Shown here in pieces: positions 28,475-38,767 of a DNA stretch of 64,000 nucleotides (its first letter is position 1; each line of letters begins with the position of its first letter). The DNA is taken from contig CAWJIE010000004.1 of assembly GCA_963842885.1 (NCBI GenBank), positions 224,001 through 288,000 of the forward strand. Direction: 5' to 3'. This DNA is from an uncultured Nitrososphaerota archaeon (GTDB lineage Archaea; Thermoproteota; Nitrososphaeria; Conexivisphaerales; DTJL01). A program made the position numbers and the translations under genes. The notes under the pieces were generated by a model. The model searched no databases. It worked only from the letters and a program-made list of their open reading frames with translations, and was not told where the DNA came from.

Positions 28475-28633
28475 ATGCCAGTCTGCGACGTCTGCGGCAA
28501 GGTCGTGAGCAGCCTGCGCAAGCACAAAGAAAGGGGGCGCTGCGGCAAGAAGGGGGCCAAGAAGGTCGCCGGCCCGATGCCCGGGAGCCCGCAGGAGACC
28601 CTTGCAAGATACAGCCGACTGGGCGGGCGTTAG
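28475..28633 (+). CDS. 52-aa basic zinc-finger microprotein (absent from the ORF track)
   Basis: MPVCDVCGKVVSSLRKHKERGRCGKKGAKKVAGPMPGSPQETLARYSRLGGR; TATA-like TTAATA at 28444. Confidence 0.6.
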   Translation: MPVCDVCGKVVSSLRKHKERGRCGKKGAKKVAGPMPGSPQETLARYSRLGGR

Positions 28634-28734
28634 TGCCCTCCCATCGTTTCGACGGTTCCGGAGCTATCGACTGGAAGGCGTAATGGCTGATCAGATTCCT
28701 GACGGATAGTCATGAACCTATCTGACTGAAGAGA

Positions 28735-28829
28735 TGGTAGCGAGGAGTGGATTTGAACCACTGCTCTGCGGGTGTCTCAACCATCGGTTTATGAGCCCGC
28801 CGGGATAGGCCTGGCTTCCCCACCTCGCT
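28735..28829 (-). tRNA. trnM: Initiator tRNA-Met(CAT) with a 16-nt 37/38 intron, CCA encoded
   Basis: A1-U72 acceptor AGCGAGG/CCTCGCT; three G-C pairs at the base of the anticodon stem GCGGG/CCCGC; intron AACCGATGGTTGAGAC. Confidence 0.92.
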
Positions 28830-28888
28830 AAGAATGACTATTCAAGGTTTGCCAATCGTTCGGTATTAAAGTTTTGTGGAGCTGCCCG

Positions 28889-30196
28889 TCAGAGTTCGTA
28901 GGGCAGCGTCGCAGGCTTGCTAAGATGGCGTCGAGCTCGGGGCGGAACGGCGTAGAGTCCAGGAGAGATGGCTCTCTCGAGCTTCACCTTGATTGGCTGC
29001 AACGACATGGACTTGAATTTGCAGGCTGGGCACTGGAATCCCTTCCCCTTGCCTTCCGATTTCATGGTCTTCCCGCACTCGGGGCAGCCGGGATTCCTCG
29101 TGACCTCCAAGGTGGTCAGGGAGAGGACCTCCATCTTCTCGACGTTGATGGTCAGAGGGGTGACCGGTTTCTCCTTGACGCCGCCATAGACTCTCACAGC
29201 ATCGCCGGGCACAAGCGCCCTGCCGACGTCTCTGAAGCCCCTAGTGGGCTCGTAGATGGCACAGTCGACGGAGCCGCTGTCGTCTTTTATCCTGAATATC
29301 AGGTGGCCGCCGCGGATGACATGGGGCTTGGCGCACACGATGCCGGAGACCTTGACGGTGGTCAGAGGCGTTATCTTCCCAGCCTTGGCGTCGGAGATGT
29401 GGGCGTCGGTGGCTTGATTGGTTTCGTAAATCTGGAAGCGTTCGACGGGCTGAAGTGGCTTCACCAAGCTGAAGGCTCGCTCCAGATAGTGCGGTTTGAA
29501 TGCTCGAATGCCGAAGTAGACCGGGCAGGGAGTGTGCGGCATTATCCTGACCTCGCCGGTGTTCTTGTCCAGGTTGTCGAAGGTGAAGGGGTAGGTGGCG
29601 TCGTTCATGGCAACTATGGACCCCAGCTCCATCTCTCTCCGGGTCCCGACGAACTGGGGGGTGCGATAGGCTATCAGCTCGTATGTGCGGCCGTATTCCA
29701 ACCGGTTGCCTATCGCGGCTAGGGCGCCGATGATGCCGCGACCCAGCTTGAACTTGTGGACCTCTATTCCCAGCGAGTCCGCCACCGCGTCCGCATCCTC
29801 GATGGTCATCATCTCCTTGACCACCCGAGAGGAGAACTCGCCGAGGGAGACTGGTATCTCTTCGCCCACGAAGAAGGCGACGCCAGACTCCGTCCCTTCG
29901 TCGTCCAGCATGGCCATCTCCTTGACGCGTTTGAGGACCAGCTCCTTGATCTGGGGCATGATGGCCGGAGAGGCGCGGAACTTGAACGACAGGGCGGCGT
30001 TCCCTCTAGTCTTGAAGGGGCAGTTGGGGTTCAGTCGGATGAGCCGGGGGAAGCCCTCCAATTCCAGGCCGAAAGTGCTTTCAATCTCGTCGATGAGGAC
30101 GGCCGCGAGATAAGTCGTGCACATGCCTTCGGAGGAGTCTGTGTCGTCCAGACCGACATGGAGGAGGGGAAGCAGGGTCTCCTTCTTTGACGCCAA
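28889..30196 (-). CDS. tiaS: tRNA(Ile2) agmatinylcytidine synthetase
   Basis: GLDDTDS..GMCTTY, RLNPNCPFKTRGNAA, TNQATDAH, RRHLSKP. Confidence 0.96.
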   Translation of the reverse strand: MASKKETLLPLLHVGLDDTDSSEGMCTTYLAAVLIDEIESTFGLELEGFPRLIRLNPNCPFKTRGNAALSFKFRASPAIMPQIKELVLKRVKEMAMLDDEGTESGVAFFVGEEIPVSLGEFSSRVVKEMMTIEDADAVADSLGIEVHKFKLGRGIIGALAAIGNRLEYGRTYELIAYRTPQFVGTRREMELGSIVAMNDATYPFTFDNLDKNTGEVRIMPHTPCPVYFGIRAFKPHYLERAFSLVKPLQPVERFQIYETNQATDAHISDAKAGKITPLTTVKVSGIVCAKPHVIRGGHLIFRIKDDSGSVDCAIYEPTRGFRDVGRALVPGDAVRVYGGVKEKPVTPLTINVEKMEVLSLTTLEVTRNPGCPECGKTMKSEGKGKGFQCPACKFKSMSLQPIKVKLERAISPGLYAVPPRARRHLSKPATLPYEL

Positions 30197-30530
30197 GGGT
30201 CGATTCTCCCTCTCCAGTATTGATTATTTGAGCATATGGTTGGGGGAAAAGTCGTCTAACCCTCCCTTATCTGCGTCCGCCCACGCCAGCGCTCCCGGCT
30301 TGGTCGATTTCATGCATGTCCAGCGACGGAGGCTTTGAACTAGCGGTGTGATGATGGGAAAGTGCGGCTGAGGGCTACCAGTGTCATTCATGCTCTCCTC
30401 TCAGTGCCTTGGGCTGTCTTGAGCGGAAGGTTGGCATCCCAAACTTACGTAGATTGGTCAGGAGTGAAAGCTTCCGAGTCATCCTGGTCTTGATCCTCTG
30501 CTGTCATGGCGAGACTTGTATGCCGGCCAA

Positions 30531-30775
30531 GGCGACACTCTTTGACACCCCTTACGGGAGGATTTGCGGCCCACCAGACGACGGGCTGATGATTTCTTTG
30601 GCTCGTTAACAGGCTGTCTTGACACCCTCCCCACGGCACTCAGAGCCTGTATAGTGAGTTTTTTGAGGTGTCAAAAGGTGTCGACAGGGTGCCGGCCAAA
30701 GTGTCGACACGGTGTCGACACCCCGTCAACAGGGTGTCGCGCAAGAGCCGACACCCGCCATGACGGTGTCAGACC
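30531..30775. repeat. Non-coding array of GTGTCRAC/TTGACAC motifs with a ~11-bp period and inverted arms
   Basis: Units start at about 30668, 678, 689, 701, 712, 723, 734, 745, 755 and 766; inverted copies at 30531, 30541, 30604 and 30618. Confidence 0.8.
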
Positions 30776-31037
30776 AAGGGCAGGGGAAGGCCGGGTCCTT
30801 CCAAGTCCGACAAATAGGACTCGAACCCAATTCGGTACGAACCCCTTCGGGCCCACCACTCGGATCCCAATCCTGAATCAGAGTTAGTTCCTATCCTCCT
30901 GACGCCAGTCAAATCCCCATTTCTGCTGGGGGGTTCTTGCTTGGCCTCTCGGTCGACATCGGAGCCAGTTATGCAACCTTTTCATCTATGCTGATTGAGT
31001 CTAATGAATAGAAGGGAAAACTCGTCAGAACAGGGGC

Positions 31038-31271
31038 CTACTCTTCGACCACTATCATCGTCAGAGTGGAGCGTACCTTCTCCAGTCGCCTTATGTGCCA
31101 GGTGATGGTCTCCTTGACCTTCTCCATCGTGTCGGCTTCGACCTTCAAGATGAGATCGTACACACCGTACACCACGTAGACCTCCGTGACGTTTGTTATC
31201 TTCTTCACTTCGGCGACGAGCTCCTCCTCCGCGCCCAAATCGGCGTTAATCAGGACGAAAGCCTTTGGCAA
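31038..31271 (-). CDS. Stand-alone Lrp/AsnC ligand-binding (RAM) domain protein
   Basis: AFVLIN...VYGVYDLILKVE...IRRLEKVRSTLTMIV. Confidence 0.92.
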   Translation of the reverse strand: MPKAFVLINADLGAEEELVAEVKKITNVTEVYVVYGVYDLILKVEADTMEKVKETITWHIRRLEKVRSTLTMIVVEE

Positions 31272-31334
31272 TACTATCTGCCTAGCAGATTAATAGAAGG
31301 TGATTTTAAGCATTTGGGAGAATCGCAGAGAAAA

Positions 31335-31878
31335 ATGAGCGATGAAGAGCCGGGAAAAGCTAAACTGTTCGTGCTACACCTGCGGCAGGACGATCCCTCC
31401 AAGTGCACGGCGTCGAAGCTCAGGCGCCTGGGCAAGGTAGGCTTCCTCTCCAGGCACAGCCAACGCGGGCTGCTGCTCGACCCGTACTGCGATACCTCCA
31501 TTTCCCGCACCGACAGGGAGACGGTGCTCTCGGAAGGCCTCACGGCGATCGACGCCAGCTGGAAGAAGGCCGTCGAATCGTTCAAAGGCATCAGATGGAG
31601 GAGGCGATCGTCGGCGGGCGCTCCCCTATCTCGTCGCGGCTAACCCGACCAACTACGGCATCCCGGTGAACCTCTCGACCGCCGAAGCGCTGGCCGCGGG
31701 GCTCTTCATCGTGGGGCTCGGCGAACAGGCGGAGGAGGTCATGGGCTCTTTCAGGTGGGGTCACTCCTTCTTCGAGCTCAACCTGAAGTACCTGGAGGCG
31801 TACCGCAGGGCCGATTCCAGCTCCGGCGTCGTCGAAGCCCAGCGGGCATTCATGAGGGAGCTGGGCTTTGCAGTCTAA
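31335..31878 (+). CDS. tsr3: 16S rRNA aminocarboxypropyltransferase Tsr3 (DUF367), frameshifted near 31597
   Basis: QDDPSKCTASKL, IDASW, then RALPYLVAANPTNYG, LSTAEALAA, FRWGHSFFELN. Confidence 0.88.
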
Positions 31879-31911
31879 CCTTTAAATCGTGGGGAACGTC
31901 GGAGCTAGCCC

Positions 31912-32218
31912 GAGGATGTGAGCTGGTGGGCAGGTTCGGGGCGAATAGCCCTGAGGAAGCTCCTCCCTCCGTGCAGGAGACGCGGCGTTGAGAGACGCAG
32001 CGGGAGACCGCTGGCTCTGGAACAGAAACGACACCCGCGCCGGGAATGCTATGAAGGCAGAGATGCCGGAGAAGTCCCGGATGAGGGATGAAACGGCCAC
32101 CCCGCGTGGAGCAAGGTCAAATGGGGCTGATGACATGCTCACTGCTGGAAGCCCGGGTAGACCACTAAGCTGAATCCCGCCTAGAACAGAAGGAGGGCTA
32201 TGGCCAGGAAACATCCTC
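31912..32218 (+). ncRNA. rnpB: RNase P RNA
   Basis: GAGGAAGCTCC (P4 5' strand), ACAGAAACG, GGAGCAAG, ACAGAAGGAGGGCTAT (P4 3' strand); terminal GAGGATG/CATCCTC stem; TATA TTTAAA at 31881. Confidence 0.93.
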
Positions 32219-32301
32219 ACTTCAAACCCCCACTGATGATTAGGAAGGGAGCGGCGGTCGTTATACTGCCTGCTGAGCTTTCTGACGACCATCGCTCTAT
32301 T

Positions 32302-33315
32302 TCATATCATCCGAACGGCGGCGAGTGACCTTACGGCCTGAACTTCGCCGTTGAGGAGGGCCTTTGGCAGCCTCCCGCTCAGCACGTCGATGATGTTCTG
32401 CGCGGCGAATATCGCCATCCTGTCTCTGGTCTCCACCGTGGCGCTGGCCGCGTGTGGAAGGAGGACGACGTTGTCAAGCCCCAAGAGAGGCGAGTCCTTG
32501 GGAAGGGGCTCCGTCTCGAAGACGTCGAGGCCGGCTCCGGCAATCCGCCTCTCCTTCAGCGCGGCGGCCAGGGCCGATTCGTCGATGACGGTCCCCCTGC
32601 TAGTGTTCACCAGTATCGCCGTCCTGCGCATGAGAGAGAGCTCCCTTTCACCGATCATGCCGCGAGTCGTGTCATTCAGGGATAGGCTGACCGACACGTA
32701 GTCGGATTCTGACAGCAGCCTGTGCAGGTCGGCGTGCTCCGCCCCCAGCTCGGCTTCTAGGGCGGACTTCCTGTCCCGGCTGAAGTAGAGTATCTTCATG
32801 CCGAACCCCTTCCCCCTTCTCGCCACCTCTGCCCCAATGCGACCGAAGCCCACTACGCCCAGGGTCTTGTCATGGAAGTCATGGCCTATCATGAAGCTCA
32901 GGTCGCTGTCGGGCCCCCACAGCCCCTCGCGAACGTATCTGTCGCCCATGACGATGTGCCTTGACGTCGCCAGTAGGAGCCCCCAGGCGATGTCTGCTAC
33001 GGCGCCGGACAGGACGTCAGGAGTATGTGTGACATAGATTCCCCTGCGAGTGGCCTCGGCCACGTCGATATGGTCGAAGCCTACGCTGTAGGTGGAGACG
33101 ACGCGGAGCCTCTCCGCTCGGCCGAATAGCTCGGCGTCTATGCGATCGTGCGGCGAACAGAGGAGGGCGTCGGCGCCATCTATCTTCTCGAGGAGCTCGG
33201 CTCGCCCCATCCTGAGCGCATTCTCTGATATGGTCGGGCGCTCGCCTAGAGCTCCCTCCAGCTTGTCCAACCCAGGCGCGGGAAGCCTGTAGGTCGAAAG
33301 TACTCGCGGCCTCAC
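32302..33315 (-). CDS. gyaR: Glyoxylate reductase / D-2-hydroxyacid dehydrogenase
   Basis: SVGFDHID, GVVGFGRIG, NTSRG, AGLDVFETEP, PHAAS. Confidence 0.88.
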   Translation of the reverse strand: MRPRVLSTYRLPAPGLDKLEGALGERPTISENALRMGRAELLEKIDGADALLCSPHDRIDAELFGRAERLRVVSTYSVGFDHIDVAEATRRGIYVTHTPDVLSGAVADIAWGLLLATSRHIVMGDRYVREGLWGPDSDLSFMIGHDFHDKTLGVVGFGRIGAEVARRGKGFGMKILYFSRDRKSALEAELGAEHADLHRLLSESDYVSVSLSLNDTTRGMIGERELSLMRRTAILVNTSRGTVIDESALAAALKERRIAGAGLDVFETEPLPKDSPLLGLDNVVLLPHAASATVETRDRMAIFAAQNIIDVLSGRLPKALLNGEVQAVRSLAAVRMI

Positions 33316-33380
33316 GGCGGCAAGTTGCGACGCGTTTCCATTAAAGAGTTTGGCAGGGTTTGTTGAGCGGAGAACTGGCG

Positions 33381-33989
33381 TCAGCGCGTTTCCGTAGGGG
33401 AGGCTCTGTAGCCCATGTCGAACGCCTTCAAGTTGGGGGCCAGGGTTCTTTCAGGAACCAGCATCTTCAACGCCTCGCCGTATTCCGATGGCTTGATGAG
33501 CTCCTTCGTGATCCCTGCGAAGAAACCCAGGAGGACGGCGTTCTGGTAGAGAGACCTCCCAGCTGCCGAAGCCATCCCCGCGGCGTCGAGGAAGAAGGCC
33601 TTCTTGCAGATAGCGGATATGGAGGACCTTATCTCGGCCGGTGGAGGGTATTTCGCCTTCCCGCTGAACACGGTCACAGGCGGGACCTGGAGCGTGCTGA
33701 CGACGAGGGTTGTCTTATCTCCAGCGTAGACGGATGACCTCAGCCCTTCGAGGAGCTCCATGGAGATGATGTAATCAGCCCTCCCAAGGTCTATCAGAGG
33801 GGAGTGCACCTCCTTGCCGAAGCGGACGAAGGAGACCAGTGAGCCTCCTCTTTGGCTGAGGCCGTGGGTCTCGGTCACCCGAACGTCCAATCCAGACAGC
33901 ATGGCCGCGTTCCCTAGGATTTCTGACGTAAGCAGCACGCCTTGGCCGCCCACACCTGAAACGACGATGGAAACAGGCCTTCCCTCCAT
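33381..33989 (-). CDS. iorB: Indolepyruvate:ferredoxin oxidoreductase beta subunit
   Basis: GVGGQG, ETHGLSQRGGS. Confidence 0.92.
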   Translation of the reverse strand: MEGRPVSIVVSGVGGQGVLLTSEILGNAAMLSGLDVRVTETHGLSQRGGSLVSFVRFGKEVHSPLIDLGRADYIISMELLEGLRSSVYAGDKTTLVVSTLQVPPVTVFSGKAKYPPPAEIRSSISAICKKAFFLDAAGMASAAGRSLYQNAVLLGFFAGITKELIKPSEYGEALKMLVPERTLAPNLKAFDMGYRASPTETR

Positions 33990-33992
33990 CTG

Positions 33993-35873
33993 CTATGCGA
34001 CTCCCTGGATTATCGCACCGTAGGGGCAGACCTCGGCGCAGAAGCCGCAGCCCGTGCATGCGGCTGAGTCGATGGCCACCTTCGCCAACATCCCTCCCTC
34101 CTCTGTCATTGCTGGGATCAGCGCGGGGCAGCTCGCTAGCACGAGACAGGCGTTGCAGTTGTTGCAGTTCTCGGCGATGACGGCGTATGGAGCGGCCTTC
34201 CTTCCAAACGCCTTCAACTGTTGGCTTGTCAGGAGGGCGCAGGGCTGGCGGAGGATCATCACGGAGACCCCTCTCTCGTCCAGCATCTCCCGAATCTCCC
34301 TCTTCGATGCCTTAACCTGCAGAGGATCAAGGACCCGCAGGCTCTTGACGCCGCATGCCTTCACAAGCTCCTCTATGGAGACCCTCTCCGTTTCATGGAA
34401 CTGAGAGTCGAGGCCGCTGGAAGGGTTGGGCTGAAGGCCGGTCATCGCGGTGATGTAGTTGTCAAGGATGATCAGGGCTAGGTCGTGCTTGTTCCACACC
34501 GCGTTTATGAGCGCTGGGATTCCGGCGTGGAGGAACGTGGAGTCGCCGATGACGGCGAGGGGCTTCAGCTTCGCTCCAATGGCAAAGCCCCCGGCTGCGC
34601 CAATGCTGAACCCCATGTCCAGCAGCACGTCGCCGACGTCGGTGGGAGACAGAGCGCCCATGCCGTAGCAACCTATGTCGGACACGACTACCCGGTTCTT
34701 ACCGGCCAGCGTCTTGATGAGATACATGGAGGCACGATGAGGACATCCCGCGCAGAAGACCGGGGGTCGAGCTGGGCCCGCTGGGACTGGCCGGCTGACC
34801 TTCTTCGCCTGGGGCACGCCTACCAGCGTAGCCATGGCCGAACGTACGTCGACCGGCATCAATTCGCCCACCGAGGGAATACCCGCCTCCTTCCCCAGGA
34901 TAACCGTCTTGAGGCCGTTTTCGTAGGCAAGGCACTTGATCCGTGTCTCGAATATTGGGTCCAGCTCCTCCACGACAAGCACCCTCTTATGGGCCGAAAG
35001 GAACCTCACTATCGCTTCCTCGGGGAGCGGGTTGACCATGAGCATCTTCAGCACGTCTGGCTGCATCGGGCCTGGGAGCTCGGCGTCGAGGACATGCGTC
35101 GAAGCGGAACCGGCACAGATGACGCCGTTCTCAGAACCCCTGTCGATGAGCTTGACGAATTCTGGAGAGCAGCTGACAGCCTTGCACTTCTCCATCTTCT
35201 CAAGAAGGACTTCGTGAGCCCTCACAGGGTAGGGCGGTATGGCCGTGTACCTCCCTTTCTCCTTGACGAACTCCCTCCTCGAAGGAGGCTCCCGCAGGTC
35301 TCCCAATACGACTGGTCCTCTGACATGGCTGACGCGGATGTCCAGCCTGACGAGGACGGGCAGCTCCAAGGATTCGGATATTTCGGCTGCCTTCAGCATG
35401 CATTCCTTGACCTCCTGGGGGTCTGATGGCTGCAGCATTGGCAGGTTGGCGAAATAGCCGTAGTTGCGAGTGTCTTGCTCGTTCTGGCTACTGTATGCGG
35501 CAGGGTCATCGGCCACGACGATGACCAAGGCCGACTTGGGGGCGAAGTACGGCAGGGCCATGAAGGTATCGGAGGCCACGTTGAGGCCGACGTGCTTCAT
35601 TGCGGTGATCGCTCTGAGGCCGTTCATGGCAGCGCCGGCGGCCGTGTCGATTGCGACCTTCTCGTTGACCGAGTACTCGGCGTGTATGCCGACGACCCTA
35701 GAAACCTCTGCGGCTACGTCCAAGACTTCGGAAGCAGGCGTGCCGGGATACGATGTGAAGACAGTGAAGCCGGCCTCAAGACCGCCTCGCACCACGGCCT
35801 CGTTTCCCAGGAGCAGGAATCTCTGGCCTCTGGCTCCGTTTGAAATGACTGATGTGTCAACCAACCAGCTCAC
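33993..35873 (-). CDS. iorA: Indolepyruvate:ferredoxin oxidoreductase alpha subunit
   Basis: LLGNEA, YPGTP, MKHVGLNVA, CAGCPHR, GDSTF, C-terminal ferredoxin motifs. Confidence 0.95.
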   Translation of the reverse strand: MSWLVDTSVISNGARGQRFLLLGNEAVVRGGLEAGFTVFTSYPGTPASEVLDVAAEVSRVVGIHAEYSVNEKVAIDTAAGAAMNGLRAITAMKHVGLNVASDTFMALPYFAPKSALVIVVADDPAAYSSQNEQDTRNYGYFANLPMLQPSDPQEVKECMLKAAEISESLELPVLVRLDIRVSHVRGPVVLGDLREPPSRREFVKEKGRYTAIPPYPVRAHEVLLEKMEKCKAVSCSPEFVKLIDRGSENGVICAGSASTHVLDAELPGPMQPDVLKMLMVNPLPEEAIVRFLSAHKRVLVVEELDPIFETRIKCLAYENGLKTVILGKEAGIPSVGELMPVDVRSAMATLVGVPQAKKVSRPVPAGPARPPVFCAGCPHRASMYLIKTLAGKNRVVVSDIGCYGMGALSPTDVGDVLLDMGFSIGAAGGFAIGAKLKPLAVIGDSTFLHAGIPALINAVWNKHDLALIILDNYITAMTGLQPNPSSGLDSQFHETERVSIEELVKACGVKSLRVLDPLQVKASKREIREMLDERGVSVMILRQPCALLTSQQLKAFGRKAAPYAVIAENCNNCNACLVLASCPALIPAMTEEGGMLAKVAIDSAACTGCGFCAEVCPYGAIIQGVA

Positions 35874-36203
35874 ACCAGCCCGCCAGGGTCTGTTGCATCT
35901 TTAATTCACAACTTCTTAGCTATTAAGCTGCATAAAAGAGTTCTTATCGGCTCGTCTCTGGCGATTAGGGCCGCCGATGAAAACGGACTGTCCGCGGAGG
36001 TTGGTGATAGAACGGGAGCGACCAGCCAAGGGAAGTCTGGTTTCACTGCCTAGTGACAGATGCTAGTCCTTTGGGTCCAGAGTCCAGTCATTCAACCACC
36101 CCCTCGGGCGAGGTTGCCAATCCGGACCTAGTCAGGGTGATGCAACCGTTAAATCGTGCGCTTCCAGATTCATGTGCGCGGTTGCTGACTCGGTGGAACA
36201 ACA

Positions 36204-36686
36204 ATGACCAAAGTAGATGACGAAATAGAAGAAATGACTCAAACGATCCTGTCGGAGCTTGAAACGAAGAGTTCTTGGGATTTGTCAGAGAGCCTTCACG
36301 CGAAGAAGGCCTTGCTCCTGTGCGACCTTGATCACACAAGAGGGGTCTTGTTGGAGATGCGAAACGCTTCACCCGGAGAGAGGAGCGAGATCGAAAAGGG
36401 AGCAATCATAAAGGCGCTGCTGTATTCAACGTGGTTGCAAAGACTCTACTTCGTAATAAGATCCGCCATCATGGGCCTCATAGGCGCGGTGATAACGCTC
36501 TCTGCCGTGGCGTTTCTTGGCAGAGTGGACGCCTATGAGGTATTGGCTCTGGGCACCCTCTCATTCGCCCTTTCCCTGATCATATCGAGGCTCTTCGACG
36601 CGCAAGTAATGGGAATCACGAAGGGCATCGTCAGATATCTGGCCAATCATGAGAGAATTAGGGATATCGTGATGGATCACGTCTAG
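36204..36686 (+). CDS. Hypothetical membrane protein
   Basis: 160-aa ORF with two C-terminal TM helices. Confidence 0.65.
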   Translation: MTKVDDEIEEMTQTILSELETKSSWDLSESLHAKKALLLCDLDHTRGVLLEMRNASPGERSEIEKGAIIKALLYSTWLQRLYFVIRSAIMGLIGAVITLSAVAFLGRVDAYEVLALGTLSFALSLIISRLFDAQVMGITKGIVRYLANHERIRDIVMDHV

Positions 36687-36839
36687 CCGCATGGTATGGA
36701 ACAGATGCGGTGTTCCCCACTGGTTCGAGCACGCAAGTGTCTAGGCTTTCGGCTTCGTTCAGACCATGCTCCGTCCTGTCTTGGGTTCAGATGGGACGTC
36801 CTTGACCGCAGAGGGACGTGCGCGTTACTCATGAGCGCA

Positions 36840-37283
36840 TTATAAGTATACGTTCACGACGTACGACACGATGTAGAGCGGAATCACGACGTAAATCCAC
36901 TCGTGGCCGACGATGGCTTTCTTGAGACCCGTCCGCAGACCATCGCCCAGGAAATCGATGGCAACGCAAACTGCGACTATCGGCACCAAGAGGCCTACCC
37001 TGTACCAGACCATATTCCCTATCAGCTGAACATTACCCGTCAAAAGGAGAACCGCCATGATGACGTAACAGACGGGGATTATCAGATAGATCCAGAAGTG
37101 ATGTATCCTATGCCCACTGAAGAAAAACGGCCTGGCGTATCCCTTCCGATACATCATGTTGGCGATCTTGTCAATTGCTATGCAAGCTGCAACGACTACC
37201 AGAAACCCAACCACGACCCCCACGTGGAAGATTCTAGTTGCCACGTAGGCTGGAGTCGAGGCGTCTCCGAACCGAATCCCCAT
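36840..37283 (-). CDS. Hypothetical membrane protein with conserved-looking His motifs
   Basis: Four TM helices, HRIHH and GHE motifs; TTATATG upstream. Confidence 0.7.
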   Translation of the reverse strand: MGIRFGDASTPAYVATRIFHVGVVVGFLVVVAACIAIDKIANMMYRKGYARPFFFSGHRIHHFWIYLIIPVCYVIMAVLLLTGNVQLIGNMVWYRVGLLVPIVAVCVAIDFLGDGLRTGLKKAIVGHEWIYVVIPLYIVSYVVNVYL

Positions 37284-37582
37284 GCATGTTGCCTATGACG
37301 AGCTAACATAATAATCTCTTCCTCTGGCGTCGTCCAACATCATCAGATGCAAAGAAAACTAGGTCGGGTCTACGTTGCGACCGAGAAGGCAGTCCCGACG
37401 CACGCAATCATAGGCCGACTTGGCTATTGACCTGTCGGTCCGTAGAGCGATTTCTAGGCATCCGGGAGGTCCCCAATTGGCTGGAGAATCGTCTCGTTGA
37501 TTTGAAAACAACTTCACTTTCCTATTGGAAAGGAAATGTCTAAATACCATCCGCCTGATGCTTGTCAGACGTGGGATACTAG

Positions 37583-37891
37583 ATGGAGTATGTCTACGCT
37601 GCTCTCATACTTCACAGACTCGGAAAGAAAGTGGACGAAGAGAGCATAAAGAAGATAATCACCGCTGCGGGTGTTCAGCCTGACGAAATCAAGGTGAAGG
37701 CCCTCGTAGCGGCCCTCGGCGAAATCAATATCGATGAGGCGCTGAAGTCCGCAGTGGCCATGCCGGCCCAGCAACAGGCTGCTCCGGCCGCGGCTGCCGC
37801 CCCGGCGAAGAAGGAAGAGAAGAAAGAGGAAAAGAAGGAAGAGAAGAAGGAAGAAGAGGCCCTGGAAGGCCTAGCCGCCCTCTTCGGTTAA
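37583..37891 (+). CDS. rpl12p: 50S ribosomal protein L12 (P1)
   Basis: [11 protein letters not shown]...[13 protein letters not shown]. Confidence 0.97.
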   Translation: MEYVYAALILHRLGKKVDEESIKKIITAAGVQPDEIKVKALVAALGEINIDEALKSAVAMPAQQQAAPAAAAAPAKKEEKKEEKKEEKKEEEALEGLAALFG

Positions 37892-37993
37892 TCGGACCTC
37901 CGTCTTCGGATACGATTCGTTTCTGTTTCATTTTGTCACTGTCAGCGTCAGCTTGGGAGAGGCTCTCCTCAAACTGGGGCTCCGACCGCGAGT

Positions 37994-38767
37994 CTATTCT
38001 ATGATTCTTCGTATGGACACAGAAGCCACGCCCAGGAACAGGAGCGTGAAGCCGCCAAGCACGGCGGCATCTAGGGGAAGTTTAGAGTAGTTGCCGGTCA
38101 GAATCATAGCCCTTACGGCGTCCACGACGTAGCTCAGCGGATTGAAGACCGAAACCTTCTGCAGCCAGGCGGGCATCAGGGAAATTGGATAGATGGCGTC
38201 GCTGGCGAAGAAGAGCGGCATAGTGATCGCCTGACCGATGCCCATCATGCGGTCACGCGTCTTCAGGAACGATGCCAGTACCATCGAGAGGGCGGAGAAG
38301 CACATTGCGAAAACGATGATCACTACGAATACACCGAGGACGTCAAGTATGTCGAACCTCAGGTTTACCCCTATTATCAATGCCAGGGCGAAGATCATGA
38401 TCGCTTGGAAGATGCCTCTGACGCTTGCGGCTAGGGCCTTCCCCACGATGATGGAGGACCTTGGTGAAGGCGTGGAGAGGAGTTTGTTCAGAATGCCGAC
38501 ATCTCTCTCCCAGACGACTGTGATTCCGTAGAAGATGGCTACGAAAAGCACCGACTGCGCCAGGACCCCCGGCGTTAAGAACTGGAGGTAGGTGTACCCC
38601 CCCGTGTCTATCCCGCGAATAGAGGTGAACACTTCGCCGAAGACTAAGAGCCAGAGGGCCGGCTGAACCAGCCTGGTCCACAGCTCGGTCGAATCATGGC
38701 GGATCTTCCTTGCTTCCATCTCAGCCACGGTCAGAGAGCTGGAGACGAAGCGGCTGATGGGGTTCAT
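37994..38767 (-). CDS. ABC-2 exporter permease (DrrB-like)
   Basis: QPALWL, FLTPG, WERDVG, NPLSY. Confidence 0.9.
   Translation of the reverse strand: MNPISRFVSSSLTVAEMEARKIRHDSTELWTRLVQPALWLLVFGEVFTSIRGIDTGGYTYLQFLTPGVLAQSVLFVAIFYGITVVWERDVGILNKLLSTPSPRSSIIVGKALAASVRGIFQAIMIFALALIIGVNLRFDILDVLGVFVVIIVFAMCFSALSMVLASFLKTRDRMMGIGQAITMPLFFASDAIYPISLMPAWLQKVSVFNPLSYVVDAVRAMILTGNYSKLPLDAAVLGGFTLLFLGVASVSIRRIIE

Noticed and set aside
30531-30775. CRISPR array
   Set aside because: The units are ~11 bp, contiguous and degenerate, with no unique spacers, and no cas genes are in the window
30910-30935. Origin recognition box (reverse complement CCAGCAGAAATGGGG)
   Set aside because: Only one weak match and no cdc6/orc1 gene nearby; insufficient to call an origin
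37800-37860. GAA/AAG-rich repeat
   Set aside because: It encodes the normal acidic-lysine hinge of ribosomal protein L12
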